Source of the DNA: Hemiscyllium ocellatum
Taxonomy: Eukaryota
Direction: 5' to 3'
DNA length: 64,000 bases
Assembly: GCF_020745735.1 (NCBI RefSeq)
Contig: NC_083407.1
Location: forward strand, 60,937,857 to 61,001,856
Shown here: positions 53,401-64,000 of the stretch, piece after piece
Layout of the letters: the number at the start of each line of letters is the position of its first letter
Position numbering within the stretch: the first letter of the stretch is position 1
Translations under genes and position numbers: made by a program
Notes under the pieces: generated by a model
The model's input: the letters and a program-made list of their open reading frames with translations, nothing else
Databases searched by the model: none
Told to the model about the DNA's origin: nothing

Positions 53401-54560
53401 CAACAATATGTATGAGTGCACTTCCTCAAGAGGCACAGACTGGTGAAAACATACACTGGAACTCGGATGGAGCTGGGCATCCTGTTGAGCTCACAGTCAG
53501 CAGCATGTTCAACAATGAACTGCAAAAGAAGCATTGAAATGAGGCAGTATAAAATTTGTGCATTATGAAACTCACACAGAAAAACAGGAGTACTTGAAGT
53601 TTTGCTCTTCTATATTTTTATTGGATATTTTCAAATTTAAACTTTCTGCATTACTGAGTTGGTTTGACAGTCATCTGTATTCTAAAATTTAGTCCACATC
53701 TGCAACCATCCATTTATCTCTTAGCAACATTCTGTCTGGTCATTCTTTCTTCAACCTTTACAATATCTTTAATGATTGTTATTCTTTTCTTTGCCCAATT
53801 CACTTTCCAATTCCTGAGAAAGTTCCACTTGGTTTGGAATTGGACCATACATCTGTCAGTTCCAGTGGGGAGTTCCATTGATTGTGTGCCGAAATCTCCA
53901 AGACTGCTTCTGAGCATTGAGCAAGTCGGGAATCACAAAGGAAACCAAATAAACATCAAAAGTTATCAGTGGTCTTGATGATTCAGTATCCTGTTGACAA
54001 ATTAAGCTCTGCATTGTCACTCATCTGTCCTTAAGCATAATTTGAGAATAAGTTTTTGCTTCCAGTGATTAACATTATTATTATTCAATACGTATATTAA
54101 TCTACATTTCTGCAACACAGCCCAGTTTTAATGACATTTAGTAATTCCTCATTATAATGTGGCCTTGCTTCTTCTTCCCTCTTGCTCCCATGTAATAGCC
54201 GGCCGTGAAAAACAAACACAGGAAACATTTTGAGTCATCAGAATAAAACAATTGTGGTTATTGTGCTCCAGTATATAGCCTGGATCCTTAAAATGTTCAG
54301 ACTGTTCCAATAAATTTCTGCATGTAACTTTAAAGCCCTAGGGGGAAGTTAACTTGAATTAAGTTAGCTTTTGTAATAGCTGCAGACTGTGCCATTTAGT
54401 GATTCTACTGTTGTACAGAAAATTTGAAGTTACAAACCTTTTCAGAAACCTTAACTAACTGTACATGTAATTCTTTCATTTGGAGGAGATATTTTCATCT
54501 GCTGAGACTGTAGATAGTATGAAGGGTTACCAATTGTAACATGATAAATCTAACATGATT

Positions 54561-54875
54561 GGACGGCACGGTGGCACAGTGGTTAGCACTGCTGCTTCAC
54601 AGCGCCAGAGACCGGGGTTCAATTCCCGCCTCAGGCGATCGACTGTGTGGAGTTTGCACGTTCTCCCCGTGTCTGCGTGGGTTTCCTCCGGGTGCTCCGG
54701 TTTCCTCCCACAATCCAAAGATGCGTGGGTCAGGTGAACTGGCCATGCTAAATTGCCCGTAGTGTTAGGTAAGGGTTAAATGTAGGGGTATGGGTGGGTT
54801 GCGCTTCAGCGGGTCGGTGTGGACTTGTTGGGCCGAAGGGCCTGTTTCCACACTAAGTAATCTAATCTAATCTAA
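54561..54875 (+). mobile_element. HE1-type SINE, full length, very similar to the 14221 copy
   Basis: A and B boxes, (taatc)n tail. Confidence 0.9.
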
Positions 54876-55581
54876 CCTTGGATAACCCTTAAAGTGGAAC
54901 ATTTTCAAATGTACAAGTTTGTTTTGAAAATTAAATTTAAAGGGAGTTAATTAAGAAATTGACCTCCAGATGCCACAATGAAGGTAGCACTCAAGAAACT
55001 AAGCATTATTTTTCTGAGATGCTGTGCTGACTCTTATTTGTGAGCCAGTGTGTGCTATTGAGAAAGGATTCATCACTGACATTAGTCCAGCCGTCTGATG
55101 AAAATCTGTTCAAAAATAATTTCTTTATTATGTTCCATGTCAAGTTTCATTTGTGCCTTTTTCCAGGGAAATTTAGCACAACAGAATAAGTATCTCAATT
55201 TGAAGTGACTTACTCCTGCTATTTTACTTGGTTTAGCACATGATTGCAGAGATGTCATTAAAACCACACCAATACTAGTCTATTCCTTAACATTGCATCA
55301 ATCATCACTACTTAATGAATCAAAGTAATGTCTTAACTAATATAATAGATATCTCTATCTAATATCATACAATGACCATGACCAATACATTCATTATATG
55401 ATTAAAACCATTATCTTGAATTTTCCAAGCTTCTGGTGATGGATTAGCAGGGGAAGGGCCTGTAAGATGTCACAGGGTATCTCCACTCTTACTGTACTTC
55501 TGCCATGGGCAGGAAATCTATAGAACTCCCCTCCCTGGTAGTGTGTTAATTGAGGCCTTAAGCAGCAAATTCATAATCCAG

Positions 55582-55753
55582 TAGGTGAAGGTGAGGACTG
55601 CAGATGCTGGAGATAAGAGTCAAGATGAGAGTCGTGCTGGAAAAGCACAGCAGGTCAGGCAGCATCCGAGGAACAGGAAAATCATGATTTTCCTGCTCCT
55701 CAGATGCCGCCCGACCTGCTGTGCTTTTCCAGCACCACTCTAAGCTTGACTTG
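55582..55753. mobile_element. Fold-back PLE derivative (family A) lacking the hammerhead
   Basis: Palindrome centred on aaaatca|tgatttt. Perfect 15-bp TSD aaattcataatccag at 55567-55581 / 55754-55768. Confidence 0.85.
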
Positions 55754-56774
55754 AAATTCATAATCCAGCCTGGTAGGGTGCGAGCTAGTGACGAGAGAGG
55801 AGTAGAGGGCCACCTTCACAGGCCTTCAAGCAAATTGGAGGATGCTACTCGCCAATGTCCCCCACCATTACCCTCCCGCCATGATGGTGGGGACTCTGGA
55901 GCAATGAAAAAACAGACCCTTGTGAACAGTACAGTCCATTCAGGTTCAACATTATCTTCATCCTTTTCTCAGGGCTGCCTTTCTCGTGTGTCATTTCAAA
56001 GATCCCTCCTCTTTATTTTTGGAACATTCCATTAATATTTAGTGAATCAAATCTAAAGCATCTGTTAGCTTTTCCTGGGGCATTCCTGGGATTCATTTGC
56101 CTACTATTACCATTCCAATTTTGACTCCTGCTAATATAACCAGATTTCATAGTTATGCTTTTATCCGGATTCTATCTGTCTTTAATTCTTCCATTACCTA
56201 CTTCTAAACCTGGTAACTATTGAATTTTCTATTCTTTGGAATAGAAAATGAATGATTCACAAGGAACCTTTTCAAGACAGCTGATGTCTGAGCAAACATT
56301 TTTTCAGAGATCTAAACTCCAGGAGAACCACTTGTTTGTCTACAGGAGGCAGCTCAGCACAATCTAGCAATTTATGTGTGAATACTTATCCTGATCTTTA
56401 TCCAGCTTTTGTACAATGTGGTAAAGTCTGTGATATGAAAGATGCTGTATGAACTATAGTATGTTGCTTTTGTGAAATGACTCGCCATTTACTGAAATCC
56501 ATCAACTTCTGACCAAGCCTCAGAGGAATTTAACAGGATCTTTCTTGGAGATTTCATCCAGGAACTCTGTTAGAAGATCCAAACCTTTGTCACTATCTAA
56601 CTCACATGTATGGCAAAACAATTTCCTTTTGATTTTATTTCCTGCAACGAGCAACATCCATTTCTCTTTTGTGGAATAGTAACCTTGCCCACATTATCAA
56701 TCTCACTGTTTCACTGATCAAGTAATCCTGACACTAGAAACATTGGAGGGTAATTATATCCCAATAATTTATCG

Positions 56775-57170
56775 AGTTGTAGAGTCATAGAGATGTTCAA
56801 CACAGAAGCAGGCTCTGGTCCAACTCGACCAGATATCCTCAACTAATCCACTCCCTTTGCGAGCACTTGGCCCGTATCCCTCTAAATCTTTCATATTATT
56901 ATACCCATCTAGATGCCTTTTAAATATTGTAATTGTTCAAACTTCCACCACCTCTTCTGGCAGCTCATTCCATACATGCAACATCCTCTGCATAAAGAAG
57001 TTGCTCTTTAGACCCCTTTTAAATTTTCCCCCTCTCACCCTAAACCTATGCTCTCAAGTTCTAGACTCCCCCAGCCCAGGAAAAAGACCTTGTCTGTTTA
57101 CTCTTAGTCATGCCCCTCATGATTGTATAAATCTCTATAAGGTCATCCTTGAGTTTCTGACACTGCAAAG
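56775..57170 (-). mobile_element. HER1/CR1 3' end
   Basis: agagtcatagagatg..., collinear with the 10586 and 23421 copies. Confidence 0.8.
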
Positions 57171-60100
57171 AAAGAAATTGCTTTCTGTAATTTCGATTAG
57201 GGCCACGAGGACTTCAGTTTTATGGCGAGAAAACTTGTAGATTCCAACCAACGTCATTAGACAACCATCTCCTGTTACTGCTCTAAAACTCAGATAATCA
57301 GCTAGTGAAACAAAGAACTGGAGGCTAATCTTAAGAGACTGTGAAGCTTTTGTTTATAGAAACTAATATGAAATATTATGTACCTCCAATTCAACAACCT
57401 CAATTTCAGCCTGCTCCAGTATAAATGTGAGCACTAATAAGTCCCCAGTTAATGCACACTATATGATTACAACTAAAATCCAGTTGATGTACAACTAACA
57501 AATGGCAGTTCTTCAGTATCTGAAAACAAGAAATCAGAGGGAGAAAGTTTGTGTGAGGAATGGATGTTTATGGAGTGAGAGGCAAGAGGTCAATGGCAAC
57601 TTCACAACAGTTCACCCATTAAGCCATAAAGATGGGAATATACCAGGGGTTGAGAAAGGGCATAGATAGGACCATATTGTCATCCTCAATGGTCTCAGCA
57701 ATAGCAGATGCCAAGAGCTCGATTGCAACCAACTCCATGTTTTTGAAAGCCATCGCCTTCACAGGATTCAGGAGATTCTTGTCCTCTTGACATCTCTGCG
57801 ATTACCTCCTACTGTATCACACTTTGTCCTCCAAGAGACAGGGCCGAATGTCATTGATTGTTACTGAACAGCTGGAGATAAGTGGAAGCACTGAGGGATG
57901 AGTGAAAAGCTGGTCTTATTGATTTGTTGGTGAAGATGTGGTGGAGAATCTAGAACGTTGGCAGAAGTCTTGGGTGCTCAGCAGTGTTGCTGTGGAGAGA
58001 TGGGACTATGGGGCATTGAGCAGCGTGATTATTTGGTGGAGTGGTGGGTTGGGCATTTTACATGGGAAGATGCATTCGCTGACCTTGACTAACCACCTTG
58101 AGGACATTGGACTTCTTGTGGTGCCGCTACTATATCCTAGGATTGAGTTCTGGAGGAGGTGGTGGCATGCCGGTAGTATCACTGGGTTAGTAGACCCAGA
58201 GTGATGTTCTGATTACATGGGTTCAAATGCCATCATGGCAAATGGTGAAATTTGAATTCAATAAAAATCTGGAAGTAAAAGGCTGGCCTAATGATGACCA
58301 TGTAATCATTGCTGTTTTTTGTAAAAAACCAACTGGTTCAGCAATATCTTAAAGGAATGAAATCTGCCACCCCTATTTGGTCTGCCCTACATAAGTCTTC
58401 AGATCCATAGCCAAGTAATTGGATGTTAACTGCTGTCTGAGCAACAAGAGTGGATGATAAATGTAGGGCTGACCAGGGATACCTATGTTCACAAAAGAAT
58501 TTAAAAATGACCTCCTCGCTCACCTGTTCCCATTTTTTTTTCCGAGGGTGGACCTTGAGGGTCTCCTAAGATATTTCATTCTGCCCAACCTATAAGAGTT
58601 ACCTAACCTGTTAACCAATGGAAAATAGAAGGATTAAGGCACTCTCTAAAAGCTAAAAGAGCCAAGTCCTACCCCAGGTAGAGCATAGTGAACTTTGCCA
58701 GAGGACAGGAAGGTGGTGTTTAACAGACAGAGCACAGGGAATATCAAGTGGAGAAAATCAGGAAGAAAACATTACTGGCGGGTCACAGTACATTACTTCA
58801 CAGTTAAAGAAACAAGCAGCTTTAAATTCAATTGAACAGTGCCTCCTGTCTCTGCCAGCTCATATTCCTGTTTGTCAGCTCAAATACCTTTTATTGGGAC
58901 CTGAAAGGCAGTTCACTCTTCTGTTGTTGATGTTCATGCAACAGGAAATGAGATGCAGTATGCAGTAGAGCTGTGCAATACGAAACTCACTTAAATCCAA
59001 AGAAGTTTATTCAAATTACAGCACCAACCATCTCTTGCCCTTGTGTCACTTCAGTTGCACTGAAAAATGGTACCAGACCTGGGTGAACTATTGACGATAG
59101 CCATAAATAGTTAAACAGAGAACAGACAATACTCAGACTGAGTTTTCATTTAAATAATATGCATGCAAGTTGTGTATGCAGAAAATGTTCTTGACAAGTT
59201 TGAAAGTGGGATTCATTCAGTGCTTTGTGGAGCAAAATTGAGGGAATTAATGAGAAGACCTTAAGTGATATCTTTGTAAGGGGAAAAGTAAGATCAATAT
59301 ATAAGATATAGAGGAGATAGATATTGTTCAAGACAGAAGATCTTTTAATATGAATAGCACAATTATGTCTTACATATGGCACTGCATTGTCCATCACGAT
59401 CTGCCGATGTTACTGCTGCTCTAATTAGGTATCTTCTTTGAAGCTTTCTTTTCCAGGCTTTCATTTTATGCAGCCTTTTTGTGCATTGTGTGTTACATTA
59501 ATGGAGCATTACAATCATGATTTTGAGATACTTCCAATCCATTCTACATTTCTGAAACACGACTTGAACATTGCTGCTTGATTGTGTCTCTGATGGCAGG
59601 ATAGGCCTTGTTACTGTGGTGTTCAGATAATGGCCTGGGAATGTGCAAAAGTATCATCAATCATGGTTTGAAATGGGAACCTTGATAAACCACTCAGCAT
59701 TTTTACAATCAGAAGAGGTGATTTATTGAAAAGCAATAAAATGAAGGCAATGCAGTGGCTCCCCAAGAAAGTAGGTTTTCCATTGCACACTGCAACTCAA
59801 TATACAGAGTGGCTTTGTTTTCTGTTGATGAACACAATGGCATTGATCCACAAAACACATACTGTATGATCACAGGGGTCCAATCAATGGTGTCTTAGAG
59901 CATGAGAAATTTTTCGACCATATTTTAGGCTGTTTTTGTTGTTCAAAGAGGAGAAATAATTGCTCATTCTGGCAAATCTATCGTTCTTGACTTGATCAGT
60001 GTATTTGTATACTACTAACATTACTGACATCTTAAGGACTGTAGAGCACAGTTCAGGATCATTGTGGCTGCCACAGCAGAAAGCTGAGTGATGCAAAGTG

Positions 60101-60347
60101 TGAGCCTCAGGAAATCTTAATGAACGTGGAATGGAAGGAGACCTGATGTAATGGGTGTCCATGCCTTTTCTAATTTCCAGCACTTGGAGTGGTATAGTCT
60201 CGGTGGAGGTAGATTGTTGATCAAGTTGCAGGATGTGTCATCACTAGTTAATAGCAGTTTCTGGAAGCACTGCTGCAGGCATAGCTGAAGCAAATGCCAA
60301 GGCCCAGATAGTCCGGAGTTAGAGTATAGGTGGGCAGGTGTGTCTGT

Positions 60348-60473
60348 CAGTCCAAAGGTGTACAGGCTTGGCGAATTAGCATGCTAAATTGCCCATAGTG
60401 TTAGATACGTTAGTTAGAGAGGAATGGGTCTGGGTGGGTTTCTCTTCAGAAGGCTGGTGTGGACTGGTTGGGC
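60348..60473 (+). mobile_element. HE1-type SINE fragment
   Basis: cagtccaaagg...atgctaaattgcccatagtgttag...gtggactggttgggc. Confidence 0.7.
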
Positions 60474-60681
60474 ACTTGATGACACTCTATAATACCCAAA
60501 TAGGTGAATTGACTTATTTATTGTTTCACCAAAAAAACTGAGTAACAGGAAATCTCCTCTTAATAAACTGTACAAGGGAATTTCCAATGAGGCAAACCCA
60601 TTATTCTTTCTTTAAAACTGTCAGCAAGTTAAAAAAGGAGCCTCATAAAGAAGGTGTCAGGAACAATAGCGAAACTTCACA

Positions 60682-60795
60682 CAGAGTCATACAGCACAGA
60701 GGCAGACCCTTTGGCCCAGTTCATCCACGCTGACCAGATATCCCAATCTGACCTAATCCCATTTGCCAGCATTTGGCCCATATCCCTCGAAACCA
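60682..60795 (-). mobile_element. HER1/CR1 extreme 3' end
   Basis: agagtcatacagcacagaggcagaccctt...ggcccatatccctc. Confidence 0.75.
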
Positions 60796-61005
60796 CAAGG
60801 TACTGATCCAGCTGAAAAATAATTCTTTACTAATCATTGTAAGTGACAAGTAAGTTCTTGAAAACCTCTTCTATTTTATCCAATTTTAAAAATTGCATCT
60901 AAGCATAAATTATGCAGTAATGGTCGAAAATGTGGAATTATAGTGTCATCATGTCATTATCACTTTCTTGAAATGCTGAGTTGAAGACGGGAAATTGGTC
61001 AAGCA

Positions 61006-61131
61006 GGAGAAAGTGAGGATTGTAGATGCTGGAGGTTCCTGAAGAAGGGCTTATTCCCGAAACATCGATTCTCCTGCTCCTTGGATGCTGCCTGACCTAC
61101 TGCGCTTTTCCAGCAACACATTTTTCAGCTC
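61006..61131. mobile_element. 126-bp PLE derivative (family A): inverted terminal 29 nt plus forward hammerhead segment
   Basis: Perfect 14-bp TSD aaattggtcaagca at 60992-61005 / 61132-61145. Confidence 0.85.
61035..61070 (+). ncRNA. Minimal hammerhead motif (family A), stem III palindrome broken
   Basis: GUUC CUGAAGA A GGG CUUAUU CCC GAAA CA UC GAUU. Confidence 0.6.
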
Positions 61132-61934
61132 AAATTGGTCAAGCACTCATGTCTGCAAGGAGTAAAGATCCAACTTTCCACCTCCTTGCACCTGTCAGAT
61201 GATATTTGCAAAAATATTCAGTGTGTTACAATTTGTTATTGGGCTGCTGCCAAATGTGATGTGGAGGAACAGGAAACTAATTCAGTCAACTGTGTATTTC
61301 AAATAGCTCAGTCACTGGAAATCTGTTGTGAACATTGTCAAATTCTTCAGTGATCTGTGGGTTAATATGAAGAGGTACCAAGTGAATTTTACAAAGCAAA
61401 GTTGACCTGCCTGCTGTCTCATCAGTGAACATTATTATATATGTAAATGAAAAATGCATCTAACTGATGAAGCAAACCTTGGTTATTTTGTACACATACT
61501 TGAAAGTGATGTACTTAGAGAATGAAGAATTTAGACATGAAGAAATAGGACTGACTCGGTGGCTTTTTGGTGGGGAGCTAGCACAGACATGATGGGCTTA
61601 ACAGCCTTCTGCTGCACTGTAAAATTCTGTGATTCTATAATACATTCTTTTGTAGACACATGATTCAATTCTTCAAAACTTTGAAAGCTGACATAAACCG
61701 GAGTTGCTGATAGGAAACAATCTTCATCTGTGTCTCTTTCTGTTGATTTTTTAACTTCATTTGCATTTTTTCTCCAACTCTCTGACGTTTACTTGTCAAA
61801 TGACTCTAAACTGTTTTAATTTTGATTATGTGCCTGTTTCTTTCTGATATTCCGTATAAGTGACAATTTCCTGTTAACATCTTAAGAGAGGTTTCATCTC
61901 GGAAGCAGTTCTAACCTATTTTATTTTTATTTAG

Positions 61935-62057
61935 ATGTTTGATTGGATTAGCCACAACAAACAATTGTTTCTTCAAAGTCACACTGAGATTGGAGTGAGT
62001 TATCAGCATGCTCTGGATCTACAGACTCAGCACAATCACTTTGCTATGAACTCAATG
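61935..62057 (+). CDS. kalrn: Kalirin exon (spectrin repeat), 123 nt, phase 0 to 0
   Basis: ttttatttag|ATG TTT GAT TGG...TCA ATG|gtaagc. MFDWISHNKQLFLQSHTEIGVSYQHALDLQTQHNHFAMNSM continues the frame of the previous exon. Confidence 0.96.
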
Positions 62058-62698
62058 GTAAGCACTTATGACTTGTAATTAAAGAGAAAGATATCAAAAA
62101 TTGCTGGATGGAAATGAGATTATTTAACTACATTTCACAGAAAGCATTGTGAATGCACAATAACTTATATTAAAAGTATGCATTCATGTTGTACTTTACT
62201 GCAGTAAAATATTTGAAAGAGCTTCACAAATTTGAAATTATTTCTAAAAGAATGGAATTCTAGTCCTTATGCAGACAAATGTTACAATCGTTCACTACCA
62301 AATGTGCCCAATGTCAATGCCTAGACAGCTGATGGTACAATTTAAATTCCCTTCTCTTTATTAAAAGAATATACAGTACCTTTTGACTTCTTTGATTCCA
62401 CCACACAAATATAGAACAAATGAGGACAATCAACAATTTGATTTTTCAAAATTCGTTTGAGAAGTTAATGGACTGGATTTTGTGATTCTTTTGATGTCAA
62501 AAAATATCATCTTCACTGGAATTACTTTGTGAGACTGACTGCATCTTTGGGTAACTGCACCTGTGCAGGTAAATGTGGAAGTCCAAGAATTGCCTTTGTT
62601 GGTTCTCTGCTGCTCCTGTGCTGTTGAAATCTCCACACAGACTTCATTTACATGTACATTCCTTTGCTCGCATTATCTACACTGAAAGGACGACAGTC

Positions 62699-63959
62699 AT
62701 TCAAGAAGGAAGCTCTCATCTCTTTCTCCAGAACAGTTAGAAATTGTAGGCTGCATTTCCTTTGATCCATAAACATTTTTTAAAAAAATCCCAATCATTA
62801 TTTCATCCTCTGTAAAATGTATATAAAATAATGGATAATCAATTTTTTTGGGGGGGGGGTTTACTCAGACAGTAGTAAGGACGTGGAATGCTCTAACTGC
62901 CAAAGTAGTTAACTCAGCCACATTAGGGAGTTTTAAACAATCCTTGCATAAGCACATGGATGATGATGGGATAGTGTAGTGGACGAGCTGAGAATAGTTC
63001 ACAGGTCGGCGCAGCATTGAGGGCTGAAAGGCTATATTGTTCTGCGCTGTATTGTTCTATGTTCTATGTTCTATCTATCCGAATGCCTCAGAGTGGTTCA
63101 TTGCTCATCTTGCTGAATAGATTTTTATCAACCACTGAACTGATGAGAACTTGCCCTTGATGCTGTAGTAATGCTGTTTTTTAAAAATCCCCCAAACACT
63201 TATGCCTGTTAATGTGGGGGAATTGAGTTTGTACTACTATACTACTTCAAACTACTAATGAGAAAGCATCTCTGGCTCTGGGAACTATTTTTCTGTTTGT
63301 GAAATGTTGTTATTCCCATTAGGAAAAAAATGTTGTTTAGTTTTCTATTTTATATTTGAAAAGTTTGTTGACGTTCTACTACATGAATGTGCTGGAATAC
63401 TCCCCAGTTGCTTGGATGAGTGGAGCTCCAAAATTACTCAAGAAGCTCCACAGAATCCAGGATGAAGCAAACCCTCTTGATTGACAGCCCATCTAACACC
63501 TTCAACATTTACTCCCTTTACCGCCACACACGGTAGCAGCAGTACGTACCATTTACAAGATACCGTACAACAATTCACTAAATCTCCTTCAACGGCACCT
63601 TCCAAACTCCCAACCCCATTGCCATCTAAAAGGATAAGCACAGCAGACAGGAACACCACCACCTGCAAGACCCCTTTCAGGTAAAACACTATCTTGACTT
63701 GGATCTATATTACCATTCCTTTGCTCTCACTGGGTCAAAACCTTGGAATTCACTTCCTAAGAGCACTTTGGATGTATCTACACCCAAAGGACTATAGTAT
63801 TCAAGAAGGAAGCTCTCACCATCTTCTCCAGAACAGTTAGGAATTGGCAATAAGTGCTTGACTAGGCAGCAATTCCTTTGATCCATAAACATTTAAAAAA
63901 AAAATCCCAATCATTATTTCATCCTCTGTAAAATGTATATAAAGTAATCGATTATCAAT
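62699..63959 (+). repeat. Direct duplication of about 150 bp (62699-62843 and 63799-63959)
   Basis: Both copies contain attcaagaaggaagctctca...ttcctttgatccataaacattt...aaaaaaatcccaatcattatttcatcctctgtaaaatgtatataaa. Confidence 0.9.
62855..63075 (+). mobile_element. CR1 3' end with (ttctatg)n tail
   Basis: Reverse-complement homology to 17090-17290. Confidence 0.75.
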
Positions 63960-64000
63960 GATTTTATTTTTTGGTTTGCTATCTATCAGAATGCTTCAGT

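Noticed and set aside
57600-58150. Possible Harbinger Myb/SANT remnant on the - strand
   Set aside because: Only a few suggestive codons; too degenerate to support without a search.
61992-62000. Internal GGA|GTGAGT donor in the last exon
   Set aside because: Explained by Gly-Val-Ser codons; the authentic ATG|gtaagc donor gives the expected peptide.
24599-62057. Calling the gene TRIO
   Set aside because: Diagnostic residues (FRNDGLK, AFVSG, KFIFETSMVSVEGL, QCIRCSDGFSG, HFAMNSM) match kalirin as recalled.
1085-63892. The many 60-200 aa ORFs as novel genes
   Set aside because: They are antisense or alternative frames of SINE, CR1 and PLE copies (recurrent peptides such as CGRKPEHPEETHADTGR and GISPSSG) or chance ORFs without splice or homology support.

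Overview
AT-rich, repeat-dense vertebrate genomic DNA. HE1-type SINEs and HER1/CR1 LINEs point to a shark or other elasmobranch (inferred from repeat content). The only host gene is kalirin (kalrn) on the + strand: five coding exons (24599-24673, 27339-27453, 38168-38360, 42045-42557, 61935-62057) with canonical AG/GT sites splice into one open frame covering the Sec14/CRAL-TRIO domain and the start of the spectrin repeats. I could not find a first exon, and the gene continues past the window. Nearly all other ORF-track entries are transposon fragments or chance ORFs. The most interesting signal is a dense set of Penelope-like element (PLE) derivatives. Three copies carry GIY-YIG coding sequence. 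About ten are small (roughly 75-230 bp) non-coding pieces from two sequence families, and five of these are fold-back or inverted inserts flanked by 12-16 bp target-site duplications (TSDs). Both families carry minimal hammerhead ribozyme motifs with the same architecture: CUGANGA, an extra A, stem II, GAAA, a self-complementary 4-nt stem III (ACGU or AGCU), then the cleavage site. One copy (38733-38768, - strand) has a fully intact motif. Hammerheads in PLEs are known in general; whether these shark mini-element families are described cannot be checked here. Also present: a 4-unit tandem array of tRNA-like heads, a perfect 19-bp hairpin inside a CR1, an Ingi/Vingi-like LINE remnant and a local 150-bp duplication. 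Repeat boundaries not defined by TSDs are approximate.
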